Part shown: piece after piece, positions 36,182 to 45,388 of the stretch | Layout: each line of letters begins with the position of its first letter | Numbering within the stretch: the first letter of the stretch is position 1 | The notes under the pieces: model-generated | Seen by the model: only the letters and a program-made list of their open reading frames with translations | Database searches by the model: none | Told to the model about the DNA's origin: nothing | Origin: a virus | IMG/VR virus record: IMGVR_UViG_3300036985_002657 | Span: 1 to 64,000 of that record | Length of the DNA: 64,000 nucleotides | Strand: one strand, 5' to 3' | Position numbers and translations under genes: made by a program

Positions 36182-36433
36182 TCAGATCCCGTCCGTCTCT
36201 TGTCGAGAGCGCATCGCGTCGCTCTCGTCTTGGATCAGTTGGCCGACTTGCTCCGCGAGCGTGACGGCGTCGGAGATCGGCAGGCGCATCACTACGTCTG
36301 CGGGCTGGTGTCCGTACCTTCCGAGAAAGGCCACGAGCTTGAGAAGCTGCTGCCGATGATCACCTACGTTGCCGAGCGCGACAGCGAGGTGTCCGAAGGT
36401 CAGCCGACTCGAGCTTCGTGGCTCTCCAGAAAA
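36182..36433 (-). CDS. Tail assembly chaperone C-terminal (GT-type) ORF, probably reached by -1 frameshift
   Basis: Overlaps the 3' end of the chaperone gene in the -1 frame, has no good RBS/start of its own, and ends 3 nt before the tape measure ATG. Confidence 0.5.
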   Translation of the reverse strand, partial: FSGEPRSSSRLTFGHLAVALGNVGDHRQQLLKLVAFLGRYGHQPADVVMRLPISDAVTLAEQVGQLIQDESDAMRSRQETDGI

Positions 36434-36777
36434 GCAGCGTCCTCGTCTCCTTGCGGCTGATGCAGCAGGCCGTACCCGCGCATCACCAGTTGGCGGACCT
36501 TCGGGTGCAGAGTCGCCCACACACGGTCAGCGGACCCGTCGGCGGTGCGGACAACCTGCCCATCGACCAGTCGGAGACATTCCTTGCTGTACTCGTAGGC
36601 GAGGCGCACGGCGTCTCCGCGTGCGCGCTTCGTTGCGAGTAGCTCCTCCTCCATCGTGAGTTCGACGAGCCCGATCTCCTTGACTCCGTGCGCGGCGATG
36701 GCCTCGGGAATCTTGAAGATATGCACGACGCGATCTCGGAGCTTTGCAGCCCGCTCTGCCATCTGTTCTGCGATCAT
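36400..36777 (-). CDS. Tail assembly chaperone (G)
   Basis: AGGAGG RBS; lies between tube and tape measure genes; L.ELT..EE..A motif. Confidence 0.75.
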   Translation of the reverse strand: MIAEQMAERAAKLRDRVVHIFKIPEAIAAHGVKEIGLVELTMEEELLATKRARGDAVRLAYEYSKECLRLVDGQVVRTADGSADRVWATLHPKVRQLVMRGYGLLHQPQGDEDAAFLESHEARVG

Positions 36778-36812
36778 GGTGTCCCTCCTTCTGATGTTGA
36801 CCTAGCCTGCGA

Positions 36813-37244
36813 TCAGGCGAGGATGCTGGCTTCCATCGCCTCGAAAGAAATCGAGACAGAGCCGTAGTCCGACCGACTGCCGAAGTTGAGCGGAAGCTCC
36901 CCGAACTCCACGTCGGGAATGAGCACGCGCGGGCGGTCGCCGTTCGGGAAGTTCAGCGTCGCTTTGATGTTGACCTGCGTTCCCGGCGTGCGGCGTCGCG
37001 CCTTGTCGATCACGGCCTGATAGAACGTGAAGAACTCTGCCGTCTCGACGTGCGCCTCGAAGCTCCCGCTGACTCCCGAGAAGATCGAGTCACGACGGTC
37101 GCTCGTCTCGCCGAGATAGCCCTCAGTCTTGATCTCTTGCTTGAAAGCGATCTGAAAACTCTTGATGTCGAACAGCGATGTCTGCGGCACACCGTCGACA
37201 ACGATGAGCACTTCGACTTCCTGACCTTTGATCCGTTGGGCCAC
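36813..37244 (-). CDS. Tail tube protein
   Basis: 143 aa, directly after the sheath gene; GGAGGT RBS; beta-rich. Confidence 0.8.
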   Translation of the reverse strand: MAQRIKGQEVEVLIVVDGVPQTSLFDIKSFQIAFKQEIKTEGYLGETSDRRDSIFSGVSGSFEAHVETAEFFTFYQAVIDKARRRTPGTQVNIKATLNFPNGDRPRVLIPDVEFGELPLNFGSRSDYGSVSISFEAMEASILA

Positions 37245-37265
37245 TGTTACCTCCGAAAGAAGAAA

Positions 37266-37374
37266 GGTCCGCGACAGGCAAGCCGTAGCTCGCTGCGCGG
37301 ACCCTATCCCTCCCCGACGGGAGGTGCGGTCGCTTGAGCGAGGCGGCTCGCTCGTGAGTCAGAACTCTACCGCA
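37266..37374 (-). other. Structured intergenic element (two hairpins plus a three-way junction)
   Basis: Stems 37266-73/37296-303, 37309-14/37319-24, and 37325-30/37369-74 enclosing hairpins 37336-53 and 37356-67. Confidence 0.55.
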
Positions 37375-37388
37375 GACTCCCCACCGCT

Positions 37389-39449
37389 TCAAGCAGTGGT
37401 GACTACGCCCTCACCGATCTCACTCTGCACCACGATGAAATCCGCAGTCGGCGTCGTGCGAACGCGCGTGATGATCACGAAGATCCCTTGCGCTTCCATC
37501 TCCGGCGTGTTCCCGCCCTTGTCATCGATCTGGTAATCGGTGATGCGCTGCGCAGCGGGATTGTTCGTCGACAGCAGGCTCGAGAGGAACGCGTCCGTCT
37601 CACCCACAGCGCCGTCCTTCAGTTGATTCGTCAGCGGCAGCTTCGAGAACTGCACGAGTCGCTGCGCGAGACTGTCCTCGATGAAATCCGCCATCCGGCG
37701 ACGATTGATGTTCTTCTCCCCGCTAATGAGCGAGGTCGTCACTCCCGACTGAATGATCGGGCCAGCGGTGCGGTCCATGCGAATCGCGGCGACACCCTGC
37801 CTGCGCAGCGCGGTGTACTCGTTGATCCCGAGCCCCGACACGCCGCGCTGGAACCCGAGGATCGGCGCGAAGACCGACGGCACGGGCGACGCCGCCTGCC
37901 CAGGATTGCGCTCGGGCGCAAGGTTCGAGAGCAGACTCGCCAGCCAGTGATCCATGCTGTCGTCGAGTAGACCGTCAGCAGTGAACGTGCCGAGCGCAGT
38001 GCCGAGCAGGAACCCGACAGCTTCGGGAACCGAGTGCTGCACACCCGGCCAGGAGTAGAACACGCGCTCGTTGCGCTGCGCGCCGACACCGGGCGTCGTG
38101 CTGCCGATGATCGTGCTGAACGTCGTCGCATCGAGATTCGGCGCGATGACTGCGATTCGGCCCGACCCAACTTCCGACGCAGCGAGAACGTGCGACTTCA
38201 GCTTGGCGCGGATCGTCGCGCTCTTGCGCGCGGCGACCATGATATTGATGTCACGAACCGGATCATCTTCGCTGATACAGGCGTCGATGGCGGCGGCGTA
38301 CAGGGCGTCGATGGTGGCGTCGCTGGCCTTGTTGACCCCTTGGATCAACGTCGCGTAGTTCGTGGCGACCGTCGGGTGCGTCTGTCCTGCGAGGCCAGAG
38401 AGCGCACCGCACGAGTCGCCGGTCACGGCAGCCGGAACGACGGCGGGCGCGAGCAGCGTGCGCGCGGTGTACGTCCCATCGACCTGCGTGCCAGTCGCGC
38501 TCGTGATCGGGCGAAGCGGGACAACTGCGCCGCCCGCGTCTGCGCCAGCGTAGCCGCCAGGAACCGAACTCCCGATGACGCGCTCAGGCGCAGAGTCCGC
38601 GTCCGTCGAATGGTGCAGACGCCACGGCACAGTGCCCGCCGCCGCAACCCAGATGAACGAAGCACCGTCGAGGCGCTCGAGACTGATCGTGGTTCCCGCG
38701 CCCGGCGTGGTGGCGACACGGTACGTTCCGCCGCCGAGTGAGGTCGTCGGAAGCGGCTGCACGGCTCCGGCGTTGTTATTGCCGAGCACGAGGATGTCGC
38801 CCTTGCGCGCGCCAAGCGTGCCGTCACCACGGTCGATCAACGACCAGTCGGCAAGCCCCGTGAAGTTCTGGACTACGGCGCCTGCGGCGATTGCGATCGT
38901 GCCGCCGACACCAGTCGTGATCGGCTCGCGCGCCGTGAACTCCACGCGGGCTGCGTTGCGCACGCGGCCTACGCCGCTGCGGAACTCGCGGCCAGCGGCG
39001 ACCGTCCCACCCTGGACAGGCACGACGGGGTTCGTGTTCGTCTGCGAGGTGCAGAGCGGGAGTTCCCGCCAGCACCGCCAGCCCTGCGGACTGGCGAGAT
39101 TGACAGGGGCCACGACAAGGCGGCTGAACTTCTTGTTGCGCAGCGCAGCGAACCCGTTGCCGAGATCGCCACCGAACTCGCCGATCGTTTCGTCGAATCC
39201 GCCGACCTTGTTGATCATATCCTGCGCAGAGAAGACTTCGACGGGGCGGATCTTGGCCGTGATGTCGCCAGTGGTCCCGACCGTGGTTGCGAAGGTGCAG
39301 TTGGCGAACTCACCCACCATGCACACCACGCCCGACCCGACACCCTGGATCGATCCAGGCGGCGGCATATCCACGAGGACGACACCCTCGATCTGCGTGA
39401 CGACTTCGGTGCCGGGAAATGAACCGTACCGACGAATGAATCCAGCCAT
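37389..39449 (-). CDS. Contractile tail sheath protein
   Basis: N-terminal GV.....PP..I.GV......VG; C-terminal GVTT......NI.RRR.ADFI..SL...P.ADFIV. Confidence 0.85.
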   Translation of the reverse strand: MAGFIRRYGSFPGTEVVTQIEGVVLVDMPPPGSIQGVGSGVVCMVGEFANCTFATTVGTTGDITAKIRPVEVFSAQDMINKVGGFDETIGEFGGDLGNGFAALRNKKFSRLVVAPVNLASPQGWRCWRELPLCTSQTNTNPVVPVQGGTVAAGREFRSGVGRVRNAARVEFTAREPITTGVGGTIAIAAGAVVQNFTGLADWSLIDRGDGTLGARKGDILVLGNNNAGAVQPLPTTSLGGGTYRVATTPGAGTTISLERLDGASFIWVAAAGTVPWRLHHSTDADSAPERVIGSSVPGGYAGADAGGAVVPLRPITSATGTQVDGTYTARTLLAPAVVPAAVTGDSCGALSGLAGQTHPTVATNYATLIQGVNKASDATIDALYAAAIDACISEDDPVRDINIMVAARKSATIRAKLKSHVLAASEVGSGRIAVIAPNLDATTFSTIIGSTTPGVGAQRNERVFYSWPGVQHSVPEAVGFLLGTALGTFTADGLLDDSMDHWLASLLSNLAPERNPGQAASPVPSVFAPILGFQRGVSGLGINEYTALRRQGVAAIRMDRTAGPIIQSGVTTSLISGEKNINRRRMADFIEDSLAQRLVQFSKLPLTNQLKDGAVGETDAFLSSLLSTNNPAAQRITDYQIDDKGGNTPEMEAQGIFVIITRVRTTPTADFIVVQSEIGEGVVTTA

Positions 39450-39517
39450 GTCTCGTCTCCTAAATGCAGGCCGATGCTACACCATCGAATCTGTTGAAGC
39501 CACGGTCCTGCTAGGCG

Positions 39518-39886
39518 TCAGGCGACGCCGACTTCGCCCTCACCTTGGATCGACAGCGACGTGAGCGCGCTCGCGCCGCCGACGAGGAAATCCGCCGCGT
39601 CGAGGCGCAGCGAGCCGTACCAATCGACGTAGCTGTTCGCGGGCACGCTGAGCGCCTGTCCGATGACTTCGGTGCCCGCCACGTTGCCGCCGGTCGCGCC
39701 GAGCCAGAACGAACACGTCACTGCGCCTGCCGTCTTGTTCACGACGCGGATATGCCGCAGCAAGATGTACTGCGAAGCCGTGCCTGCGTTGACACCGCCC
39801 GATCCGACCGCCGGATTGAGAATGTTCGTCGTGAGCGTGTTCGTGAGCGCGACGGGACCGAAACGGAAAGCCTTGTTACTCGGCAT
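39518..39886 (-). CDS. Putative virion protein
   Basis: AGGAG RBS; beta-rich I..I.V.N.T...V....WLG...L.L...D.L.G.AS pattern. Confidence 0.65.
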   Translation of the reverse strand: MPSNKAFRFGPVALTNTLTTNILNPAVGSGGVNAGTASQYILLRHIRVVNKTAGAVTCSFWLGATGGNVAGTEVIGQALSVPANSYVDWYGSLRLDAADFLVGGASALTSLSIQGEGEVGVA

Positions 39887-39910
39887 GGTGAACTCCTATG
39901 ATGAGACAGA

Positions 39911-40567
39911 TCAGTACGAAGTGACTTCGGCCCAGGTGAACGAAGCGCCCGTCTGCCAGGTGCCGGTGGCAGGAACCGTAGCACGCATCGCCACACCTTC
40001 GTTCTGCGCTGCGACGAAGGGCATCAGCGGTCCTATGTCCTCACCGAGTAGGATCGTCGGATTGAGATACTGGACGCTGACGAGGATACCGAACGACAGG
40101 CTGATGATGGCGATCGGGTCGGTGTCGAGCGTCTTCGTACCTGCGCCGAGCGCGGCAGTCGTGATGAACCGAGCGTCGGTAAGCAGCATCGTGCCCATCG
40201 AAGTTCGCATCTTGCCGTTGTTGCCGGTCAGTGTGCCTGCGGTGCCGCCCGTGCCCGATGCGCTGAACGAACGCGCAGGAACGAGATCGATCTTCCCGAA
40301 TCCCGCCGCGAACGCGGTCGCCGAGCCGGAAACGCCATCGATCGTGATCTTCTGAAGAACACCGAGGCGAGTCGCGTCACCCCAGCGCCACTGGCCGATC
40401 TCCGAGCCTGCGGCCAAGCCCGCCGCGATGGTGCCTGAGAGAAACGACTTCTTGTAAATGCCAAGCGCGCCGTACTCGAGAGGCTTCTGCGAAACGGTGA
40501 GCGCGCGGAAGCCGGTGCCACCGACCTCGGCCACGACGCCGCTGAATCCCTGAACTTGAATCGCCAT
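39911..40567 (-). CDS. Putative virion protein
   Basis: Gly/Ala/Thr-rich, ends in a F.W.E motif; structural module. Confidence 0.65.
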   Translation of the reverse strand: MAIQVQGFSGVVAEVGGTGFRALTVSQKPLEYGALGIYKKSFLSGTIAAGLAAGSEIGQWRWGDATRLGVLQKITIDGVSGSATAFAAGFGKIDLVPARSFSASGTGGTAGTLTGNNGKMRTSMGTMLLTDARFITTAALGAGTKTLDTDPIAIISLSFGILVSVQYLNPTILLGEDIGPLMPFVAAQNEGVAMRATVPATGTWQTGASFTWAEVTSY

Positions 40568-40570
40568 CGC

Positions 40571-40840
40571 TCACCCACCCTTCATCTGCGCGGCGATCAT
40601 CGCAGCGAGGCGTGCAAGCGTGGTGTCGTCGAGCGTGGACAAGTTGACCTCGGGAGTAGTTACGGGCGCGGCAGGAGTCACCCGCTCGTCGGCCCCGTCC
40701 CAGAGCGTGTGAAGTCCATCGATGCCGGGCTCGCGGCACTCGGCGTGCGGATAGCTGCCATCAGCGATCACGCGAGCTTGCTCGGCGTGAACAGCGTCCC
40801 GATCTGCGCTTGCGAATATCTGAGTCGCCATCTCGATCAC
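40571..40840 (-). CDS. Hypothetical protein
   Basis: Coupled ORF in the operon. Confidence 0.55.
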   Translation of the reverse strand: MIEMATQIFASADRDAVHAEQARVIADGSYPHAECREPGIDGLHTLWDGADERVTPAAPVTTPEVNLSTLDDTTLARLAAMIAAQMKGG

Positions 40841-41085
40841 ACTCCCATCAGCACAGCGCGGCGAAGGTAGGATGCCAACTTCTGCGCGTCACCGAAGTCC
40901 ATGTCGAGCCGGAGCTTCGACAGCCCGCCCGCCATCGCGCGGTTGATCTCAGACTCCATCGCCTGCGCGAGCTCGAGCGCCGCGAAATAGTCGAGCTTCG
41001 CGCCATCGGGCATCGGCGGAACCTGCCCGCCTGTGCGCGCCAGTTGCCGTTCGAGTCCCGCCTTGTGATCGAGTTGTGAAGTCAT
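40837..41085 (-). CDS. Hypothetical protein
   Basis: ATGA overlap with the collagen gene stop. Confidence 0.55.
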   Translation of the reverse strand: MTSQLDHKAGLERQLARTGGQVPPMPDGAKLDYFAALELAQAMESEINRAMAGGLSKLRLDMDFGDAQKLASYLRRAVLMGV

Positions 41086-42566
41086 GCCCACATCCATCCT
41101 ACGTTCCACTTACCGTAGAGCATCGTACCTTGCCCACCGCGGCTCGGGAAAACGAAACCACGCGCGATGATAGGAGTCGGTTGAAACTTGCCGGGTCCGA
41201 CCGTCTCGAGCGGCTCGGAAATCTGGGACGTATTGTGCGCGCAGATCGTGAATCCGACACCCGCAATCACGAGCCCGACGCGGACTTCGATGGACTCGAC
41301 GAGGTGCTCATCAGCAGGGTGCTCGGCAGTGTCGGCTGCGAGTATCCACGCGAGCGCGACTGATGACGCAGTGATCCCTGCCGCTGCGACAGTGACGGTG
41401 GCATCGGAGCAGCCAGGAAACGCGCCAAAGTCGACAGTCGTGGTGCCGGTGTTCGCACCGCCCGAACCTGCCGGTCCCTGCGGCCCAGCGGGACCAGGCA
41501 TCCCGACACCATCTTCGCCGTCGGCTCCATCCCACCCAGCCGGGCCGTAACCTGCTGGTCCCTGCGCGCCTGTCGTGCCCGCAGCGCCATCGACGCCTCG
41601 GGCTCCGGGCGGCCCCGGCACACCATCGTCGCCATCGATGCCGTCGAACCCTACAGGGCCGGGCGGTCCCGCTGCGCCTGCGACTCCTGCGCTGCCCGCT
41701 GCTCCGGCGACTCCCGGCGGTCCAGGCCAACCCTCGTCGCCGTCAATCCCGTCCAGCCCCGCTCGACCAGTAGCGCCGAGAGCGCCCGCAGCACCAGTCG
41801 GGCCGACTGGCCCCGGTGCCCCGAGCGGTCCCTCCTCGCCATCCAGCCCGTCGAAGCCAGGCGGCCCGGCGACACCCGCCGTGCCTGGCGAACCTGGCGA
41901 ACCCGCGAGTCCTTGAATCCCCTGCGGACCAGGCGGGCCGATGTCGCCGTCGAGCCCGTCAGTTCCATCCTGCCCCGGCGATCCGACTGCGCCTGCGGAA
42001 CCCGCTACACCCGCCGTGCCCTGCGCACCTGCGACACCGGGCGGGCCGAGCGCGCCGTCCTCGCCGTCGTTCCCGTCGAGTCCGTTGAACCCAACCGGAC
42101 CTTGCGCGCCCGTCGATCCAGCGGTGCCTTGGATTCCTTGCGGTCCCTGTGCACCAGCGGGGCCGGGAAACCCGTCGTACCCGTCCAGCCCGTCGACACC
42201 GGGCGCACCGTCGCGCCCCGCTGCGCCAGCGGTCCCTGCGGTGCCCTGCGGACCTTGCGCGCCTGCGATTCCGGGCTGCCCGTCGAGTCCGTCAATCCCG
42301 TCCTCGCCCGGTGCGCCTCGAGGTCCGATCGCGCCAGCGACCCCGGCGATTCCCTGGACTCCCTGCGCGCCCGCAACACCAGGCGGTCCCATCTCCCCGT
42401 CTGCGCCGTCCTCGCCCTGTGGCCCAGGAACACCCGCACCTGCGACGCCTGCGTGCGTGTCGACGTAGTTCTTCGTCGCCGCGTCCTGCGGATCACTAGG
42501 ATCTGGCAGATTGATATTCTTGGCGACGTTCTCGAAGTCGAGATTCGTCTTGATCGGGCGACTCAC
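41082..42566 (-). CDS. Collagen-like fibre protein
   Basis: N-terminal [16 protein letters not shown] motif, more than 300 aa of Gly-X-Y, globular C-terminus; GTG start from overlap. Confidence 0.9.
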   Translation of the reverse strand: MSRPIKTNLDFENVAKNINLPDPSDPQDAATKNYVDTHAGVAGAGVPGPQGEDGADGEMGPPGVAGAQGVQGIAGVAGAIGPRGAPGEDGIDGLDGQPGIAGAQGPQGTAGTAGAAGRDGAPGVDGLDGYDGFPGPAGAQGPQGIQGTAGSTGAQGPVGFNGLDGNDGEDGALGPPGVAGAQGTAGVAGSAGAVGSPGQDGTDGLDGDIGPPGPQGIQGLAGSPGSPGTAGVAGPPGFDGLDGEEGPLGAPGPVGPTGAAGALGATGRAGLDGIDGDEGWPGPPGVAGAAGSAGVAGAAGPPGPVGFDGIDGDDGVPGPPGARGVDGAAGTTGAQGPAGYGPAGWDGADGEDGVGMPGPAGPQGPAGSGGANTGTTTVDFGAFPGCSDATVTVAAAGITASSVALAWILAADTAEHPADEHLVESIEVRVGLVIAGVGFTICAHNTSQISEPLETVGPGKFQPTPIIARGFVFPSRGGQGTMLYGKWNVGWMWA

Positions 42567-43528
42567 ACACACCTCGCAGAGCCGGTACTTGCGGCGAGGA
42601 ACGTCACCGTCGCTTGCGTGATCGTGACGTTGAGCACGTCGGCCTCAACCTCGCGTCCGAGCGAGTCCCAGACTTCGATGCTCGGGAAGTAGCCCAGGTT
42701 ATGATTGATCGTCCAGACGAGTGCGGGCACCGCCTGAACGTGCGTGAACGCAGAGCCCGATCCGTCCCGCCCGTCACGACCCGACATACCAGCCGGGCCA
42801 GGCTCGTACACGACAACCACTCGCGGTCCCGCCGATGCGACGACTGAATGGACGATCACGAGATCATCATCGACCGACGACCCGATGCGCAGATCAAGCA
42901 TCGGCAGAACACCCGCGCGGCGAAGCTGCGTGATGTTCCCCGTGACTGCGAAGATCGCTTTTCGCCAACGCTTCTGCGAGTCGTCGGTCGAGTCCTCGTA
43001 ACGGAGTCCCGTCTTCTCGTAGGTAGCATGACTGCCGTGATAGTGCGGCAGGCGCAGACGCAGCCCGCTCATCCACTCGTGCGGATCAAGCGCGTCCTCG
43101 AGCATGGCGGCGAGCGCCATTCGCTCGACAGGATCAGTCGCCCAGACTTCGACCGTGAGCTCGAGCTTGACCTCGGCGATCTCGCGCAGGAACCGGCCAC
43201 TCCCCGCCAGCTTGATCGTCTTCGGTGTCAGAGTCGCGTCCTCGTACTGCCCTGCGTCGGTCGCGTAGACAACGGCGCTCGGAAAGACTGCGACCATCTC
43301 GGGCTCAGACCACGTCTGAAGCACGGCGAGAAAGCGGCTCTGCCTCCCACCGATCCACTCGATGCTGAGCGACTCGAGGTACTCCGCGAGCCCGCGCGTG
43401 AGCGCAGTCCGCGCGTCGGTTTCCCGATGATCGGTGAACTCCTGCCGAATGTCGGCGCGCTGGACTAGTTGCGTGCCGCGCTGCGGTGGCGGTGTCTGCG
43501 CACTGTCGGTGTCCGCGTAGCGCATCAA
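42563..43528 (-). CDS. Tail completion or neck protein with fused small C-terminal fibre-associated domain
   Basis: FPSA.V...L.VEVWA.D..ER..L...LE.AL; C-terminal F.H.Q......W.INHNLG.FP...V.D..G. Confidence 0.6.
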   Translation of the reverse strand: MMRYADTDSAQTPPPQRGTQLVQRADIRQEFTDHRETDARTALTRGLAEYLESLSIEWIGGRQSRFLAVLQTWSEPEMVAVFPSAVVYATDAGQYEDATLTPKTIKLAGSGRFLREIAEVKLELTVEVWATDPVERMALAAMLEDALDPHEWMSGLRLRLPHYHGSHATYEKTGLRYEDSTDDSQKRWRKAIFAVTGNITQLRRAGVLPMLDLRIGSSVDDDLVIVHSVVASAGPRVVVVYEPGPAGMSGRDGRDGSGSAFTHVQAVPALVWTINHNLGYFPSIEVWDSLGREVEADVLNVTITQATVTFLAASTGSARCV

Positions 43529-44022
43529 AACGCCTTCTTCATGGCTGCGCCGAGAATCTTCCGCGCCCCGTCACGAATGATCTTGCGGATCTTCGCGTCG
43601 GATGCAGAGCCCGATGACACGAAACGATTGCGCGCCACCGTGCCGCGCTTGGCGATGTTCGTGGCGATTCCCCAGGCGGCGTTGGCGTTGCCGAGCTTCA
43701 ACTGCGCCCATGCCTTCAGCCCTTCGATCGGCGGGCGTTTGCCCGGCCCGCGCCCCGCCTCTGCCCACTTCGCGTAGGGCACGTCGTTGAAGACGTGGTA
43801 CGTCCGAACTCCGGCCTTGCGAAGCTGCCAGCCGCGAACGTACTTTCCGAACGCCACGATCTTCTTGCGCCGCGCTGTGGTCTTGAGCATGGCGACTGTG
43901 GCCTTGGCCGCAGTCGCCAGCATCTTGTCGACTGTCGCAGGCAGCAGCCGAGCAAACTGCTTCTCGCTCAGCCCAAACCGGGCGAGGTTGATATTCTTCC
44001 GAATCTCGACGATGTCGCTCAT
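43525..44022 (-). CDS. HK97 gp10-like neck / tail-completion protein
   Basis: G.Y..GW...VFN.VPYA...E.GR.PG..PP...L..W...K...IA..I...G. Confidence 0.7.
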   Translation of the reverse strand: MSDIVEIRKNINLARFGLSEKQFARLLPATVDKMLATAAKATVAMLKTTARRKKIVAFGKYVRGWQLRKAGVRTYHVFNDVPYAKWAEAGRGPGKRPPIEGLKAWAQLKLGNANAAWGIATNIAKRGTVARNRFVSSGSASDAKIRKIIRDGARKILGAAMKKAF

Positions 44023-44606
44023 CCTCGTGGCTCCCCAGACCGCGAGCGATCCTGTTGCGCACGAACAAGATGAATCGTCCACTGAAACCGCAGCGGATCG
44101 AGGCCGGGAGCGGACACACAGGTAAACCGGCGGCGCTCACCCATCTCACCGGGCGATGCCTGACTGCGCACCTCCCAGTAGAAGTTCTCATCGAGCGGGA
44201 TGGCTGCGCCGCCCGCGTAGTTGCCGACAAGCTCATCCTCGCTATAGCGCGGGCTGATCTCGCTGACCGTGAGCGTGCCGACCTCGAGCATACCGACAGA
44301 GTAGTTCTGCGCCTGCAATCCACTGAGATCGCTGATCTTCGGAGTCGGCAGAACAGCGACATCGCTGGTGACTTCCTCGACACCGACGCCACGCTCCCCG
44401 CCTGTCCAGCGTGTACGGATCAACGCGACTTCGTACACCCGCGCGCCCAGGCAGGTATACAGGTCACGAATCTGATCAACGGCAGGGACTAGCGAGCGGA
44501 CTAGCGTGCGCCGAACATCCAACGTCCCGAGAGACGTGAACTGCTGGTGCCCGCAGCGGCAGGCCGAGAACCCGCACGATGAGCAGCAGGCCACACGATC
44601 ACCCAC
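44019..44606 (-). CDS. Putative head-closure protein
   Basis: Synteny after the adaptor gene; beta-rich. Confidence 0.55.
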   Translation of the reverse strand: MGDRVACCSSCGFSACRCGHQQFTSLGTLDVRRTLVRSLVPAVDQIRDLYTCLGARVYEVALIRTRWTGGERGVGVEEVTSDVAVLPTPKISDLSGLQAQNYSVGMLEVGTLTVSEISPRYSEDELVGNYAGGAAIPLDENFYWEVRSQASPGEMGERRRFTCVSAPGLDPLRFQWTIHLVRAQQDRSRSGEPRG

Positions 44607-45015
44607 GCACGGTTAGGTTGCCCGTGCCGCCCTTGCTCTTGAATCGATCGGAGTAGGCGTACAGCGGCACACCGAGAATGTCGGCGAGGCGCTTCGCCCA
44701 TCGGACGTACTCACGCTCGAGCAGATCGGGGTAGGTGTTCCCGTTGTCTGCGCCGCGCAGCGTGATGTCGCCGAGCTTCTCCGCGACCAGTACACAGGTC
44801 GCGTTGCGCAGCTTCTCCTCGATGTCATCGAGCGTGAACAGAACACGCCGCACGCGGTCAACCGCGTCGGCGTTGTTCAACAGCCCGAGTGCCTGCTCGA
44901 GAAGAAAGACCGTCTGCACCGGGCGCGGGATACCGAACTGGAGCGACGCCGCGAACGACGTTTCCATGTACCCGAGATGATACCGACAGCGTTCCCTCTC
45001 AGAGTCGGTCAGCAT
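44599..45015 (-). CDS. Putative head-tail adaptor
   Basis: LT..E.ER.RYHLGY helical N-terminus; AGGAG RBS; downstream of the capsid gene. Confidence 0.6.
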   Translation of the reverse strand: MLTDSERERCRYHLGYMETSFAASLQFGIPRPVQTVFLLEQALGLLNNADAVDRVRRVLFTLDDIEEKLRNATCVLVAEKLGDITLRGADNGNTYPDLLEREYVRWAKRLADILGVPLYAYSDRFKSKGGTGNLTVRG

Positions 45016-45028
45016 CTAGGCTCCTGCG

Positions 45029-45388
45029 TTACCCTACCACCTTGCGGAACTCGACGCCTGCGTCGGCCATGCGCTGCTCGATGTTCGGCCCGTGCGACGC
45101 TTCCGAGAACAGCTTGCCCGGCTTGAGCGTGAGCGTCTGCCCGCCCCACGACACCGTGCACTGCGTCAGCACTTCGTAAACGGCCAGCGGCGCAGGCGCG
45201 GGCGGGACAGCCAGGGGCGGCTCGACAGGCGGCTTCGCCGACTTCTGTTTGCCTGCCTTGTCTGGCACAAGCACGGACGGAGGATCAGATGAGCTCTGCG
45301 ACTCACTCAGCGCGTCCGCAGCCCCGGTGTCGAGGGGGGAAACGGCAGCCGGAACCTTGTGCGCAGCGAGCGGGTCTTTAGAGCTCAT
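45029..45388 (-). CDS. Hypothetical protein (Pro-rich N-terminus, small beta domain)
   Basis: GGAGG RBS; typical position after a capsid gene. Confidence 0.65.
   Translation of the reverse strand: MSSKDPLAAHKVPAAVSPLDTGAADALSESQSSSDPPSVLVPDKAGKQKSAKPPVEPPLAVPPAPAPLAVYEVLTQCTVSWGGQTLTLKPGKLFSEASHGPNIEQRMADAGVEFRKVVG

Noticed and set aside
41460-42440. Repetitive GC-rich DNA with long ORFs in several frames
   Set aside because: Explained by Gly-X-Y collagen codons on the - strand
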